Part shown: in pieces, positions 33,481 to 45,238 of the stretch | Numbering within the stretch: the stretch's first letter is position 1 | How the letters are laid out: every line of letters begins with the position of its first letter | NCBI GenBank assembly: GCA_050951585.1 | Contig: JBMNJI010000002.1 | Location: 2,773 to 66,772 of the forward strand | Reading direction: 5' to 3' | DNA length: 64,000 nucleotides | Origin: Peptococcia bacterium | GTDB taxonomy: Bacteria > Bacillota > Peptococcia > DRI-13 > DTU073 | Notes under the pieces: model-generated | Told to the model about the DNA's origin: nothing | The model's database searches: none | The model's input: only the letters and a program-made list of their open reading frames with translations | Translations under genes and position numbers: made by a program

Positions 33481-34629
33481 TTACTTCATTTCACTAATTT
33501 GTTTCCGTAAAACTTCCACTGCTTTATTAAACTGCGTATCAACCGTATCGGTTTCTGATAAGACCACTTCAATATCCGGATGAATCCCTTCGGCCTGAAT
33601 ATCCACTTTTTTGGGGGTTAAATATTTTGCGGTGGTCAACTTAACCGCATCGCCGCCCCGCATCGGAATAAGCGCCTGTACCAGGGCCTTGCCGAATGAC
33701 TTTTCGCCGATAATCATTCCGGTGCCATGGTCCTTGATCGCCCCGGCCAGAACCTCTGAAGCACTCGCACTGCCTCCGTTAAGCAGAACAACCAAAGGCA
33801 TCTTCAGCGGTTGCGGATTTTTATTCTCAATAGTTTCGGTCATGCCGAACTTATCGACAATATGCACAACCGGACCCTCCGGCAAGAAAAACTGCGCCAT
33901 ATTAATCGCCGATTCCAAATCTCCGCCCGGATTATCCCGCAGGTCCAAAATCAATCCCTTCACGCCCTGATCCAAAACCTCCTGTAAGTTATCGGCCAAG
34001 GCTTCATCAGTATTGCTGGCAAAAAGATTAACCTGGATTACCCCTATTTGGTCCTCCTCCAGGACAAAATTCTCAACCGTCGGGAGGTCAATCACGGCTC
34101 TGACGATGTCAAATTCCCGCAGTTGCCCGTCACGCAGCACACTAATCTGCACCGAAGTGCCCGGCTCTCCGCGCATTTTGTTGACGGCTTCATCTATATC
34201 CATCTCACTGGTTAAATCGTCATTCACTTTATAGATGATGTCGCCCTTTTTCATCCCGGCCGCCTCCGCCGGGGTTTTTTCAATGACGGAAAAAACAACA
34301 AATCTGTCTGCCTCAACACCAACAGAGACACCGATTCCCCCGATGGAGCCCTCGATATGATGCGCAAACTCCTCATATTCTTCCTTGTCCAGGTAGACGG
34401 AATAAGGATCCTCCAGGGATTTCACCATGCCCCGTACTGCCCCGTCCATCATTTGATCAAGGGGAATATCATGCAGATATTGAGTTTTTACAATGGCCGC
34501 TACCTCCAACATTTTAGCGATGTTTTGAAAATTCGTAACAAAGAAGAAGCCTATGATTACTGTTACGGTAATGCTCAAACCAACCGCAACACGCCAGATA
34601 CTGCGCACCCAGTTATTATTTGACCCCAA
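33481..34629 (-). CDS. ctpB: S41 C-terminal processing peptidase with PDZ domain (CtpB-like)
   Basis: DPYSVY, GIG, LDLRDNPGG, SASASE, SFGK motifs. Confidence 0.9.
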   Translation of the reverse strand: MGSNNNWVRSIWRVAVGLSITVTVIIGFFFVTNFQNIAKMLEVAAIVKTQYLHDIPLDQMMDGAVRGMVKSLEDPYSVYLDKEEYEEFAHHIEGSIGGIGVSVGVEADRFVVFSVIEKTPAEAAGMKKGDIIYKVNDDLTSEMDIDEAVNKMRGEPGTSVQISVLRDGQLREFDIVRAVIDLPTVENFVLEEDQIGVIQVNLFASNTDEALADNLQEVLDQGVKGLILDLRDNPGGDLESAINMAQFFLPEGPVVHIVDKFGMTETIENKNPQPLKMPLVVLLNGGSASASEVLAGAIKDHGTGMIIGEKSFGKALVQALIPMRGGDAVKLTTAKYLTPKKVDIQAEGIHPDIEVVLSETDTVDTQFNKAVEVLRKQISEMK

Positions 34630-34764
34630 TTGTTTTCACCTCATTAAATAAGCAGTCCGCTCTTTCTGTTTCCCCTATCTCTAATTCATATGTCATCTCA
34701 TTTTAGATTATTATTACCAAAAAGGCAAATATTTTATTTAGCCGATTTATTCCCGCAAACCCTA

Positions 34765-35925
34765 CTACGGTTTTACATAATTGAGAGGATTCTGGGGCTC
34801 ACCCTTCACCCGGATGATAAAATCCAAATGGGGCCCTGTGCTCCAACCGGTGCTCCCAACTTTACCGATCTCGTCCCCTTTATATACTCTGTCTCCCACC
34901 TTTACTGAATACGCCGACAAATGAGAATACTGCGTGGAAATCTCCCCGCCGTGGTCGAGGATAATCGCCTTCCCGTAAGCGCCATTAGTCCCTACATACA
35001 CAACCCGCCCGTTTTCGGAGGCGCGCACGCTGGTTCCCGCTGGCGCCGGGATGTCAATCCCCGCATGAAATCTGTTCGTTTTAAGAATAGGATGAATCCG
35101 ATAGCCAAAATAGGAGGAAATCCTACTGTGCCCGGGTACGGGCCAGCCCATCTTGCCGGTCCCCATATAGGCCTCTTTGTGACTCTCCTGCCATTCACGT
35201 ATAAACTGATCCAGCTTTTTGCGTGCCTCATCCAATTCATCAAGGGAACGGAGCAATTCCTCCTTTTGCTCCTGAATCGATTTCAGCAAATTCCCTTTCT
35301 GACGGGACTGCAGCTCCATTTGCTTCTGCTTGCTTTCCTTCTGTTGTTGCAGGTCATACAATGTTTCCAGTTTCTCTTGTAGTTCCGCTTCTTTTTCCAT
35401 GAGAACCCGCTTGGCCTCATTCAACTCTTTTAGTAATCTGGTATCATTCTCCGCAATCCTTTGCATAAAATCAAAACGGGTCAAAAAATCCGTCAGGCTG
35501 GTTGATTGCAGGACGACCTCCCAAAAAGTTACTCTGCCTTCCAGATAAATACCTCTCAGGCGGTTATTGAAATAATTTGTCCTCTCCTCAACGCGCCTGG
35601 TCCCCTCCTCAACTTCCTTCCGCGCTACCTCCAAAAGCCCCTGGGTTGTTTGAATATTTGCTTTCAGAGTATCTACATCCTTTTCCAGGACATCGATATT
35701 ATCCTCTAACTTCTTGATTTGTCCCAGGACACTCTTCGCTTCCTTATCCTTCTGAGTGCACATTTGTTCATAGCGGGAAATCGCTTCATTGATTTCCTCT
35801 AATTCTTGCAACTTTTTTTCTATATCCGTTAAGGCAAAAAGGGGCTGAGATAGACAGAATAAGAATATTAGGAACAGTCCTCCTGCAATTACCGGGCATA
35901 AACTGTTTTTCTTCCCGCCACTCAT
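34765..35925 (-). CDS. Coiled-coil + M23 peptidase (EnvC/murein hydrolase activator-like)
   Basis: Signal peptide, long coiled coil, HAGID and STGPHLDF M23 motifs; follows ftsX. Confidence 0.9.
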   Translation of the reverse strand: MSGGKKNSLCPVIAGGLFLIFLFCLSQPLFALTDIEKKLQELEEINEAISRYEQMCTQKDKEAKSVLGQIKKLEDNIDVLEKDVDTLKANIQTTQGLLEVARKEVEEGTRRVEERTNYFNNRLRGIYLEGRVTFWEVVLQSTSLTDFLTRFDFMQRIAENDTRLLKELNEAKRVLMEKEAELQEKLETLYDLQQQKESKQKQMELQSRQKGNLLKSIQEQKEELLRSLDELDEARKKLDQFIREWQESHKEAYMGTGKMGWPVPGHSRISSYFGYRIHPILKTNRFHAGIDIPAPAGTSVRASENGRVVYVGTNGAYGKAIILDHGGEISTQYSHLSAYSVKVGDRVYKGDEIGKVGSTGWSTGPHLDFIIRVKGEPQNPLNYVKP

Positions 35926-36057
35926 TTTCGGCCCCCCTTTTCCTTTCTTACATTCCTTCTCTTTCCGTCCGTAATACTAATCTTTCAGTCACCATGCTGA
36001 AAATTAGACCTCCGGATGCCTCCCGAATCACTCCCGGATGCCTGAATGCCTCCGGAA

Positions 36058-36945
36058 TCAGACCTTCAGAAAACGGCGCAGGCTAATGGCACTGCCCACA
36101 GCCCCTAAAGCCGTGCCAATCAATAACAAGCTCTTAAAAACAAGCCAGATTTGTGCTTCATCCTGTAAAATAGGCATGAAATTCAGGGTTACCAGGACAT
36201 TCTGCACAAGTTGATTGTAGATTAGCTGTAAGGCAAAGATCGCCAGCCCGGCCCCGATCAATCCGATAATCATGCCCTCCAAAAAGAAAGGCCAGCGAAT
36301 AAACCAGTTCGTCGCTCCCACCAGCTTCATAATCCCGATCGCTTTGCGACGCGCAAACACCGTCAGTCTGATTGTTGTCGCAATCAGGAAAACTGCGGCT
36401 AAGCCTATGGCAAATACCAGCACTATCCCCGCTGTTCGTAGCCAGTGGGTAAGCGCCAGCAATTTCTCCACCATTCCCTGCCCGTATCTGACCGTTTCCA
36501 CGGCGGCGATTTTTTCGATTTCCTGCGCAATCCTGGGGACATCCTCCGCTACTTCCGCTTTCACACAATACATATCCGGAAGAGGGTTTGTCTCCCCTAA
36601 GGTATCGACAATATCGGTGCCCTCCCCGAAACGATCCTGCAAGCCCTGCAGTCCTTCCTCCTTGGGCACAAAAGTAACCTTGGCCACCCCGTCTACACCT
36701 TCAAATTCCCGCCGCAGATTAAGGGCCTCTTCCCGGGTTACCTCTTGTTTCAGATAGGCATTGATCTCTAACTCCGACTCCATCGCCACAGCCATGTTCT
36801 CCGAATTCAAAACCAACAGCCAGGCACTGCCTAAGATAAGTAAGGAAATCGCCATAGTGGCAATGGAGGCCATTGTCATTAACGCATTCCGGCGCATCGA
36901 ATGGAACGCATCACGAAATGCGTACCGAATACTACTTAATTTCAT
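36058..36945 (-). CDS. ftsX: Cell division permease FtsX
   Basis: NPLPD, TIRLTVFARR, MKLVGATNWFIRWPF motifs. Confidence 0.96.
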   Translation of the reverse strand: MKLSSIRYAFRDAFHSMRRNALMTMASIATMAISLLILGSAWLLVLNSENMAVAMESELEINAYLKQEVTREEALNLRREFEGVDGVAKVTFVPKEEGLQGLQDRFGEGTDIVDTLGETNPLPDMYCVKAEVAEDVPRIAQEIEKIAAVETVRYGQGMVEKLLALTHWLRTAGIVLVFAIGLAAVFLIATTIRLTVFARRKAIGIMKLVGATNWFIRWPFFLEGMIIGLIGAGLAIFALQLIYNQLVQNVLVTLNFMPILQDEAQIWLVFKSLLLIGTALGAVGSAISLRRFLKV

Positions 36946-37628
36946 ATCCCGTACTCTCCCCTTTCCTCGTCGCGTACAATAAACCCGTTAGAAAGGGCGA
37001 CCACCCGCTTTTTCATAAAGTTGACCATGTCCCGGTCATGGGTAGCGGCAATAACGGTAGTTCCCCGTTGATTAATTGCTTTCAGCAGGTTCATTACCTC
37101 CAGCGAGCTTTTGGGATCCAGATTCCCCGTAGGCTCATCGGCAATTACTATTAAAGGATCATTCACTACCGCTCTGGCGATACACACCCGTTGTTGCTGC
37201 CCGCCGGAAAGCTGGTGCGGATAAGCATTTATTTTTTCTTTTAACCCGACCATTTCCAGTACCGCCGGAACCCGTTCCTTGATCTCATAGGTCGGCAGTT
37301 CAATCGCCTCCATCGCGAAGGCCACATTTTCGTATACTGTCCTGTCCATCAACAAACGGAAATCCTGAAAAACAAAGCCGATTTTACGGCGATAATAGGG
37401 AATCTCCCTGCCTTTTAACCTCAGCAAACTACGATCATCCACCATGATCTGCCCTTTTGTGGGAAGCTCCTCTCGAATAAGCAGGCGGGTCAAAGTAGAC
37501 TTGCCTGCCCCACTGGGACCGACCAGGAAAACAAAATCGCCCCGTTTAATATGTAAATTTATATCTTTAAGAGCTTCGACTTCAACTTCTCCAAAATATG
37601 TTTTAGATACATTAAACAACTGAATCAT
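36942..37628 (-). CDS. ftsE: Cell division ATP-binding protein FtsE
   Basis: [34 protein letters not shown]. Confidence 0.97.
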   Translation of the reverse strand: MIQLFNVSKTYFGEVEVEALKDINLHIKRGDFVFLVGPSGAGKSTLTRLLIREELPTKGQIMVDDRSLLRLKGREIPYYRRKIGFVFQDFRLLMDRTVYENVAFAMEAIELPTYEIKERVPAVLEMVGLKEKINAYPHQLSGGQQQRVCIARAVVNDPLIVIADEPTGNLDPKSSLEVMNLLKAINQRGTTVIAATHDRDMVNFMKKRVVALSNGFIVRDEERGEYGI

Positions 37629-38080
37629 ACCTTCACTCCCTCCACTTTTCTTACTTCGACAAACGGAAAAGAATCCCTGCTGGAAATTCACTACAAATTA
37701 CAGTTTCTGTACAACAAATCAAACCCCCAATATGACGCAAACAAGCCTGTTTAACAGGCTTGTTAAACAGGCTTGTTTTGTGCTGGGTAAAACAAAAATT
37801 CTCAGCGTTTTCACACACCAAGAATTTTTGTTGTTCCGATTTAATTTTGGGAAAAAATCACCGCAAAACGCTTGCTAAATTCCGGTTATTTCCATTTTAA
37901 ATCAGCGGATGTAATTTTTGCAACCCACACCTGTTTTATACATCATTTCCTCAATTCGGTATAAACCACCTTTTCCCTGCAACATATTTTATTTTTTGCA
38001 AGAAAATAACCACATCAGGATTTATGATCCTCCGTGGTTATTTACATGCTTGTGCATATGCTTAATTCATCTGCTTAAAG

Positions 38081-39016
38081 CTATTTTCTTTTTATTACCC
38101 GCTGAACGGCTTCCTTAATCTCCTTCTTCGTCAGCCCATATTTCTCCAGCAGCTCTTGCGGTTTGCCGGATTCACCGAAGGTATCCCTGACCCCGATCCG
38201 CTCCATCGGCACCGGAGCATTTTCCACCAGATACTCGGCGACGGCACTGCCTAAACCGCCAATAATGCTATGTTCCTCCGCCGTCACAATCGCACCTGTT
38301 TCCTGCGCCGCCCGCAGCACCGCTTGTTCATCCAACGGCTTAATCGTCGGCATATTGACAACCCGCACCTTAATCCCTTCCGCGGCCAATTCCTCTGCCG
38401 CCAGCAGACTCTCCGCCACCATGATGCCACAGGCGAAAATGGTCGCGTCACGGCCGTCCCGCAACTGAGCAGACACCCCAATCTTAAATTCGTGCTCCTC
38501 CCCGAAAATCACCGGAACCGCCGAACGGCCCAGGCGCAGATAAGCTGGTCCGTCATATTTTGCCGCCGCAAAAACAGCTTTCTCCGCTTCGATCCCATCC
38601 GCCGGAACAATCACCGTCATGTTGGGCAGAGAACGCATAATCGAAATATCCACAATCGCCTGATGCGTAGCGCCGTCTTCCCCTACCGTCAAACCGGCAT
38701 GACTGGCCGCAACCTTCACATTTAGCTTCGGATATGCAATCGAATTGCGGATCTGTTCAAAGGCCCGGCCTGTTGCAAAAATAGCAAAGGTACTGGCGAA
38801 GACCGTTTTGCCCGCTGCGGCTAAACCTGCTGCCGTCCCCATCAGACTGGCTTCCGCTATGCCCATGTTAAAAAACCTTTCGGGATAATGCTTGCAGAAC
38901 TCATAAGACTTCGTCGACTTGGCCAAATCGGCGTCCAGCACAACCACATCAGGCTGTTCCGCTCCCAACTTTGCTAATGCTTTTCCGTATCCATCACGCG
39001 TTGCCATCTTTTCCAT
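38081..39016 (-). CDS. Transketolase, C-terminal subunit
   Basis: DADLAKST, GIAE, GEDGATHQ, EEHSIIGGLG. Confidence 0.95.
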   Translation of the reverse strand: MEKMATRDGYGKALAKLGAEQPDVVVLDADLAKSTKSYEFCKHYPERFFNMGIAEASLMGTAAGLAAAGKTVFASTFAIFATGRAFEQIRNSIAYPKLNVKVAASHAGLTVGEDGATHQAIVDISIMRSLPNMTVIVPADGIEAEKAVFAAAKYDGPAYLRLGRSAVPVIFGEEHEFKIGVSAQLRDGRDATIFACGIMVAESLLAAEELAAEGIKVRVVNMPTIKPLDEQAVLRAAQETGAIVTAEEHSIIGGLGSAVAEYLVENAPVPMERIGVRDTFGESGKPQELLEKYGLTKKEIKEAVQRVIKRK

Positions 39017-39031
39017 TGTTTCTTCCTCCTA

Positions 39032-39859
39032 CTAAGCAAGCTCGGCGAGAGCCTGTTCCGCTTGCTCCCTACTTGGCGCATTACCATGCCAGCCCACCTG
39101 GTTTTCCATAAACGATACCCCTTTACCCTTTACGGTATCAGCAATAATCATCGTCGGCTTATCCTTAACCTTTTTGGCTGCTTCGACCGCCGCCGCAATC
39201 TCGGCAAAGGAATGACCGTTAATCCTTTCCACATGCCAGCCGAAGGCTTTAAACTTTTCATCCACCGGCTCCGGAGACATTACCTCGGTAACGGGTCCGT
39301 CAATCTGCAGGCCATTGTGATCCAAAAAAGCAATCAGATTATCCAGCTGATAATGGGCTGCGGCCATGGCCGCTTCCCAGACCTGCCCCTCTTCAATCTC
39401 GCCATCCCCTAAAACAACGAAAACACGGTAATCCTTTTGATCCAGTTTGCCGGCCAGCCCCATCCCAACTGCCGCCGAGATGCCTTGTCCCAAAGAACCG
39501 GTCGACATATCCACCCCGGGGACCTTCTTCATATCCGGATGCCCCTGTAAAGAACTGTTCAGCTTCCTGAGGGAAAGCAACTCCTCCCTGGGGAAAAAGC
39601 CTCTCCCGGCCAGAGCCGCATAAAGGGCCGGCGCGGCATGGCCTTTGCTCATGACAAAACGATCGCGGTCACTCCAGCCCGGGTTTTGGGGATCTAGCCG
39701 CATCTCCGCAAAGTATAGATAGGTCATTATTTCCACCGTCGAAAGAGACCCCCCCGGATGTCCTGAACCGGCCTCCGCCAGCATGGAGATAATATCGCGC
39801 CGCATTTGCCGCGCTGTCTGGGCCAACTTTTCTTCGTTGATTGTATTTTTCATCAACAT
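39032..39859 (-). CDS. Transketolase, N-terminal (TPP-binding) subunit
   Basis: GHPGGSLS, SKGHA, STGSLGQG, GDGE..EG motifs. Confidence 0.95.
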   Translation of the reverse strand: MLMKNTINEEKLAQTARQMRRDIISMLAEAGSGHPGGSLSTVEIMTYLYFAEMRLDPQNPGWSDRDRFVMSKGHAAPALYAALAGRGFFPREELLSLRKLNSSLQGHPDMKKVPGVDMSTGSLGQGISAAVGMGLAGKLDQKDYRVFVVLGDGEIEEGQVWEAAMAAAHYQLDNLIAFLDHNGLQIDGPVTEVMSPEPVDEKFKAFGWHVERINGHSFAEIAAAVEAAKKVKDKPTMIIADTVKGKGVSFMENQVGWHGNAPSREQAEQALAELA

Positions 39860-39954
39860 TTAACCTCCTAACATATCCAAGATGCATTACATTCAAATAT
39901 ATACAACTGTGCTATCCACATTCAGCTGTGCCGTTATTTAATATATGTGGCTTT

Positions 39955-41122
39955 CTATTGCCCCCGGGCCGCCATTAAGCGCAAATATGCATCAATAAAC
40001 AGATCCAAATCGCCATCCATTACCGCGTCTACATTGCCTACCTCCGTATTGGTCCGGTGATCCTTCACCATACTGTAGGGATGAAAAACGTAGGAACGGA
40101 TTTGGCTTCCCCAGCCTATTTCATGCTGTTCCCCCCGGATATTATCCAGCTCTTTTTCCTGTTCCTGCCGTTTTAATTCCAATAACTTCGCTTTTAAGAT
40201 TTTCTCACACGATGCCCGGTTGAAAATCTGGGAGCGTTCGTTTTGACACTGAACCACTATCCCGGTCGGAAGATGGGTCATCCGCACCGCCGAATCGGTT
40301 TTATTGACGTGCTGACCACCCGCTCCGCCGGAACGGTATGTATCTACTTTTATTTCTTCCCAGTTTAACTCAATTTCATCGGCATCTTCATCCACTTCCG
40401 GCAAGATATCCACGGCGGAAAAAGAAGTGTGCCGCCGTCCCGAAGCATCAAAGGGGGAAATGCGCACCAAACGGTGCACGCCTTTTTCCGCTTTTAAATG
40501 ACCATACGCATTTTCGCCTTTAATGAGCAAGGTGGCGCTTTTCACTCCCGCTTCATCACCCGGCAAATAATCCAGCATCTCCACACTAAAGCCTTTCCTT
40601 TCAGCCCAGCGGGTATACATTCTCAGGAGCATCTCGGTCCAGTCCTGAGACTCCGTGCCTCCTGCCCCCGGATGAAGGGAAAGAATCGCATTCCCATTAT
40701 CGTATTTATCACTGAACAATAATTGTCTCTCTAACTCCTCAAGGATTTCCCCAAAGCTTTTCAGCGCCGCTTCAGCCTCGCTGAAGTATGCTTCGGCTGT
40801 CTCCGCCGGGCTGTCCTCACCGTTGTCCTTTAAAGATGTTCCGGTCAGCTCCCCACTCTCGAAGCCTAATTCATAAAAAACCTCGGCATCCTCATACTTA
40901 CTGTTTAATTCATGAAAACTACGCAGTTTGTCCTTCAAAACGGTCACCTTCTGCGCCACCTTCTGCGCTTTCTCCGGATCATTCCAAAAGTCAGGTGCCG
41001 TCATCTGCTCCTCTAATTCCCCGATCAACTGCTCTTTGCCGGAGATGTCAAAGAGACCCCCTTAGTTTTTCCAGTCTGATTCTCGCTTTTTCCAATTCCC
41101 GTTTAAGATCTATCGTCGCCAT
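39955..41122 (-). CDS. prfB: Peptide chain release factor 2 with programmed +1 frameshift
   Basis: 24-codon first frame from ATG 41122 ends AGGGGG-TCT-CTT-TGA-C; second frame has SPF and GGQ motifs. Confidence 0.97.
41047..41062 (-). promoter_or_regulatory. RF2 autoregulatory frameshift site
   Basis: Internal SD AGGGGG, 3 nt, then CTT TGA C: the canonical prfB signal. Confidence 0.95.
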
Positions 41123-41262
41123 TTCTCTTTACTCCTTTTTGGCTTTACCCTGCATTTTCTTACTGCCCCTATTATACACCGTATTTGCTTTCGATTGCAC
41201 TATTCTGCACGGCACTGATTCGGCGCACTGCTACAACTCCCGACCCGGCATCCCGTGTGCCG

Positions 41263-43935
41263 TCACGCCTCCCGCCCGCAGCATTTTTTATACTTTTTCC
41301 CACTGCCACACGGACATAAATCGTTCCGGCCAATTTTCTCCACATGGCGCGGTTGTTTTTTCACTTCATCCTCCTCAGAACGGTTTTCCACCATATCCTG
41401 CCGTTCGGCCGGCCGTTCCACCACGGAAACATGGTAAACAAAACGGACGATATCCTCCTGAATTTCCTCAACCATCTGATTAAACATATCATATGCTTCA
41501 AACTTGTATTCCACCAACGGATCCTTCTGACCATACGCACGCAGTCCAATCCCCTGACGCAACTGGTCCATCGCATCCAGGTGGCCCATCCATTTTTCGT
41601 CAACGACACGCAGAGTCACCAGGCGCTCGAGCTCGCGCATGTTTTCGGCACCCAGTTCCTCTTCCCGCGCCCGGAAGCCTTCCATCGCCTGCTCCAGCAA
41701 TAAATCGCGGACCTCCTGGCTGTCCAGTTTGGCTAAATCCTCCGGATTCAGATTGTGCGTCGGCAAGAAATACAAACGCGCCTTTTCTAGCATGCTCTTT
41801 AAATCCCATTCTTCGGGATAGTTACTCCCGCCAGTATAACTGTCAATCGTTCTGGCCGTGACCTTCTCAATCATATCCAGAACATTTTCCTTAATATCCT
41901 CACCCATCAGCACACTGCGGCGCTGACCATAGATGACCTCTCTTTGCTGATTCATCACATCATCATATTCCAGGACGTGTTTCCGCAGATCAAAGTTGCG
42001 CGACTCCACCCGTCTCTGGGCGTTCTCAATAGCCCGCGAAATCATCTTGTTTTCAATGGGCATCTCATCATCCATACCCAGTCTATCCATGAGCCCCATA
42101 ATATTCTCCGCGCCAAAAAGACGCATCAAATCATCCTCAAGGGAGATATAGAACTGCGTGGAACCGGGGTCACCCTGCCGCCCCGAACGGCCCCTCAACT
42201 GATTGTCGATCCGGCGGCTTTCGTGACGTTCCGTCCCGATAATATGCAGTCCGCCTAAACTAATAACCTCCTCATGCTCTTTGTCGGTTTCCTGTTTCTT
42301 TTCGGCAAAGAGCTGCTCATAACGCTCACGCGCCCGCAAAACCTGCTCATCATCGACCACACTATGACTGGCTGCTTCTTCGATGATGAGGGAAGAATAA
42401 CCCTCCTTTAGCATCTCCAGGCGGGCTAAAAAACCGGGATTACCACCTAACAGAATATCGGTACCGCGACCGGCCATATTGGTAGAAACGGTCACCGCAC
42501 CCTTTCGGCCGGCCTGGGCGACAATCTGTGCTTCCATTTCATGATATTTCGCATTCAAGACCTGATGGGCGATCCCTTTTTCCTTCAGCATCTTGCTCAA
42601 GACTTCCGACTTTTCGATGGAAATTGTCCCGACCAGCACAGGCTGTCCCTTGGCATGACGCTCCGCAATGGCCTCCACCGCCGCCCGAAATTTGCCCAGT
42701 TCTGTCCGGTAAACCACATCGGGCAAGTCTTGCCGGATCATTTCTTTATTGGTCGGAATAACGGTCACTTCCAGCTTATAGATCTTGCGGAATTCCTCTT
42801 CCTCGGTTAAAGCCGTACCGGTCATCCCGGCCAGTTTCTCGTACATCCGGAAATAATTCTGGAAGGTAATCGTCGCTAAGGTCTGGGATTCCTTCTCGAT
42901 CTTCACGCCTTCTTTGGCTTCAATGGCCTGATGCAGACCTTCGCTGTAACGCCGGCCATACATCAAACGTCCGGTAAATTCATCAACAATAATGATCTGC
43001 CCGTCCTTGACCACATAATCCACATCCCGCTTCATCAGGGCATGGGCATGCAGAGCCTGATTCACATGATGGCTCAGCTCAATATTGATGTCCTCATAGA
43101 GGTTTTCCACCCCGAGCATCTTCTCCACCCGGGCAACCCCTTCTTCGCTTAAGGCTACTGTCTTCAGCTTTTCATCCACATTATAATCAACCTCGCGCCG
43201 CAGCTGCGGGATAATCCGCGCCACCCGCATATACAAATCCTTCGGTTTGTCCCCGGCGCCGGAAATGATCAGAGGAGTACGCGCTTCGTCGATTAAAATA
43301 CTGTCTACCTCGTCAACGATGGCATAATGCAAGCTCCGTTGGACCAAATGCTCCGGATGGGAGACCATATTATCACGCAGATAATCAAAACCAAATTCAT
43401 TATTGGTCCCGTAAGTAATATCCGCCGCGTACGCCTGCTTTCTTTCGTCAAAGTCGAGTCCATGCACAATCAGGCCTACCGATAAGCCTAAAAACTTATA
43501 AATCTGCCCCATCCATTCGCTGTCACGTTTGGCCAGATAATCATTGACCGTCACCACGTGCACACCCTTACCGGTAAGCGCGTTGAGATAGGCAGGCAAG
43601 GTTGCCACCAGCGTTTTCCCTTCACCTGTTTTCATCTCAGCGATATTCCCTTCATGCAGGACCATTCCGCCGATTAACTGCACATCAAAATGACGTAACC
43701 CCAGGATTCTCCTGGAGGCCTCGCGCACCACGGCAAAAGCTTCCGGAAGCAGTTCATCAAGTGTTTCGCCATTAGCCAAACGCGTTTTAAATTCCTGCGT
43801 TTTTCCCTGTAATTCCGTATTGCTTAAAGCCATTAAGCCGTCTTCCAGACTATTTATAATCTCAACCTTTTTACTAAACTTTTTAATCTCTTTGGCATTT
43901 ATATCAAATAAACCTTTGAGAAATTCGAAGCCCAC
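41263..43935 (-). CDS. secA: Preprotein translocase subunit SecA
   Basis: [57 protein letters not shown]; probable GTG start at 43935. Confidence 0.99.
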   Translation of the reverse strand: MGFEFLKGLFDINAKEIKKFSKKVEIINSLEDGLMALSNTELQGKTQEFKTRLANGETLDELLPEAFAVVREASRRILGLRHFDVQLIGGMVLHEGNIAEMKTGEGKTLVATLPAYLNALTGKGVHVVTVNDYLAKRDSEWMGQIYKFLGLSVGLIVHGLDFDERKQAYAADITYGTNNEFGFDYLRDNMVSHPEHLVQRSLHYAIVDEVDSILIDEARTPLIISGAGDKPKDLYMRVARIIPQLRREVDYNVDEKLKTVALSEEGVARVEKMLGVENLYEDINIELSHHVNQALHAHALMKRDVDYVVKDGQIIIVDEFTGRLMYGRRYSEGLHQAIEAKEGVKIEKESQTLATITFQNYFRMYEKLAGMTGTALTEEEEFRKIYKLEVTVIPTNKEMIRQDLPDVVYRTELGKFRAAVEAIAERHAKGQPVLVGTISIEKSEVLSKMLKEKGIAHQVLNAKYHEMEAQIVAQAGRKGAVTVSTNMAGRGTDILLGGNPGFLARLEMLKEGYSSLIIEEAASHSVVDDEQVLRARERYEQLFAEKKQETDKEHEEVISLGGLHIIGTERHESRRIDNQLRGRSGRQGDPGSTQFYISLEDDLMRLFGAENIMGLMDRLGMDDEMPIENKMISRAIENAQRRVESRNFDLRKHVLEYDDVMNQQREVIYGQRRSVLMGEDIKENVLDMIEKVTARTIDSYTGGSNYPEEWDLKSMLEKARLYFLPTHNLNPEDLAKLDSQEVRDLLLEQAMEGFRAREEELGAENMRELERLVTLRVVDEKWMGHLDAMDQLRQGIGLRAYGQKDPLVEYKFEAYDMFNQMVEEIQEDIVRFVYHVSVVERPAERQDMVENRSEEDEVKKQPRHVEKIGRNDLCPCGSGKKYKKCCGREA

Positions 43936-44057
43936 CGCTACACCCGCTTTCTCTGTTTCATTCCCTATACATCCTTTTTTACTCATACCTTACCATCTTT
44001 TAATTTTAACATGATGTTTTCACTCACGCAATGCCACAAAATATATTACTCTTCCCT

Positions 44058-44097
44058 AACACAGGAAAGACGGCTCTCTAGCCGTCTTTCCTGTGTT
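44058..44097. terminator. Strong hairpin terminator after hpf
   Basis: aacacaggaaagacggct-ctct-agccgtctttcctgtgtt perfect inverted repeat. Confidence 0.75.
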
Positions 44098-44148
44098 GCG
44101 ATTCACTTTACTATTTTAAATCCTGTATCCGGGTTAAGCCCTCACTCT

Positions 44149-44712
44149 TTAGTCGATTTCCGGTTCGATCAAGCCGTAGTTACCGTCTTTCCGGCGATAG
44201 ATCACATTAATCTGATCCGTATCCGCATTGGCAAAAACATAAAAGCCATGATTAAGGAGGTTCATCTGCATAATGGCCTCTTCCGCGTTCATCGGTTTAA
44301 AGGCAAAACGTTTTGTCCTGACCAACCGTTGAACATCAGCTTCCGGACTCTCGGCAGGCATTCCGGGAATGCCCGGTAGTAGATCCTCCGCACTCGTGGC
44401 AATATCACTGACCTTCAGCTGTTTCACCTTTTTGCTCAAACGGGTTTTATATTTATCCATCTGTCTTTCCAGTTTGTCTATCACTAAATCCACCGAAGAA
44501 TACATATCCAGTGACTCCTCTTCGCCTCTTAAAATAAAACCGTTTAAGGGAATTGTCACTTCAACACGTTGCCGGCCCTTCTCCACGAGCAAAGAAACCA
44601 CAGCTTCAGGAGAATTATCAAAGTACTTGTCAAGTCGATGCAACCTTTTTTCGATATATTCCTTCAAACCTTCAGTAACTTGAATATTTTTTCCTCTGTA
44701 TTGAAACCTCAT
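44149..44712 (-). CDS. hpf: Ribosome hibernation promoting factor (long HPF/RaiA)
   Basis: RGKNIQVTEGL, DMYSSVD, KPMNAEEAIMQMNLLNH, YRRKDGNYGLIE. Confidence 0.96.
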   Translation of the reverse strand: MRFQYRGKNIQVTEGLKEYIEKRLHRLDKYFDNSPEAVVSLLVEKGRQRVEVTIPLNGFILRGEEESLDMYSSVDLVIDKLERQMDKYKTRLSKKVKQLKVSDIATSAEDLLPGIPGMPAESPEADVQRLVRTKRFAFKPMNAEEAIMQMNLLNHGFYVFANADTDQINVIYRRKDGNYGLIEPEID

Positions 44713-44750
44713 ACAATCCACTCCTTTCACGAGCCTCTATAATAATTATT

Positions 44751-44777
44751 ATTCCCTCCTTGCAAGAAAAATCCTGC
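44751..44777 (-). promoter_or_regulatory. SigH-type promoter of hpf
   Basis: Minus strand GCAGGA-N17-GAAT. Confidence 0.6.
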
Positions 44778-44918
44778 AACAAAGGATAAAGATAGACAAT
44801 TCAGTCAATGCTTTGCATCCGCCACTCTACTCAAAGAATGTAGCAGTGTAAACAAAAACCCCGGTACATCATATACCGGGGAGTACTTTTTCTCTACTAT
44901 CCCGTGAAAAAACCGAGC

Positions 44919-45116
44919 TTAGCACTTCACAACGTTGGCAGCTTGCAAACCTTTTGGTCCATCGACTATTTCAAATTCGACCGCTTCGCCTTCATATAAA
45001 GTCTTAAACCCTTCTTCCTGAATAGCCGAAAAATGTACGAAGACATCGTTTCCGTCTTCTCTCTCAATAAAACCATAACCTTTTTCTTTGTTAAACCATT
45101 TTACTTTTCCTTGCAT
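44919..45116 (-). CDS. csp: Cold-shock protein (CspA family)
   Basis: [25 protein letters not shown] motifs; SigA promoter TTGACT-N17-TATAAT at 45167-45195. Confidence 0.97.
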   Translation of the reverse strand: MQGKVKWFNKEKGYGFIEREDGNDVFVHFSAIQEEGFKTLYEGEAVEFEIVDGPKGLQAANVVKC

Positions 45117-45238
45117 CGAAAACATTCCTCCTAAAATCTAACTAGCAGAATAAATCTACTCTGATGATTATAGCACCTCTAACCGCTGAAGTCAAACGAA
45201 TCTGTCATTATTTTGCCTACAATCTGTCAACATTTGCC

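Noticed and set aside
39908-39920. Single near-consensus DnaA box (ctatccaca)
   Set aside because: Isolated and mismatched; expected by chance.
39955-41122. prfB looks truncated in the ORF track
   Set aside because: Canonical programmed +1 frameshift; well known and not a pseudogene.
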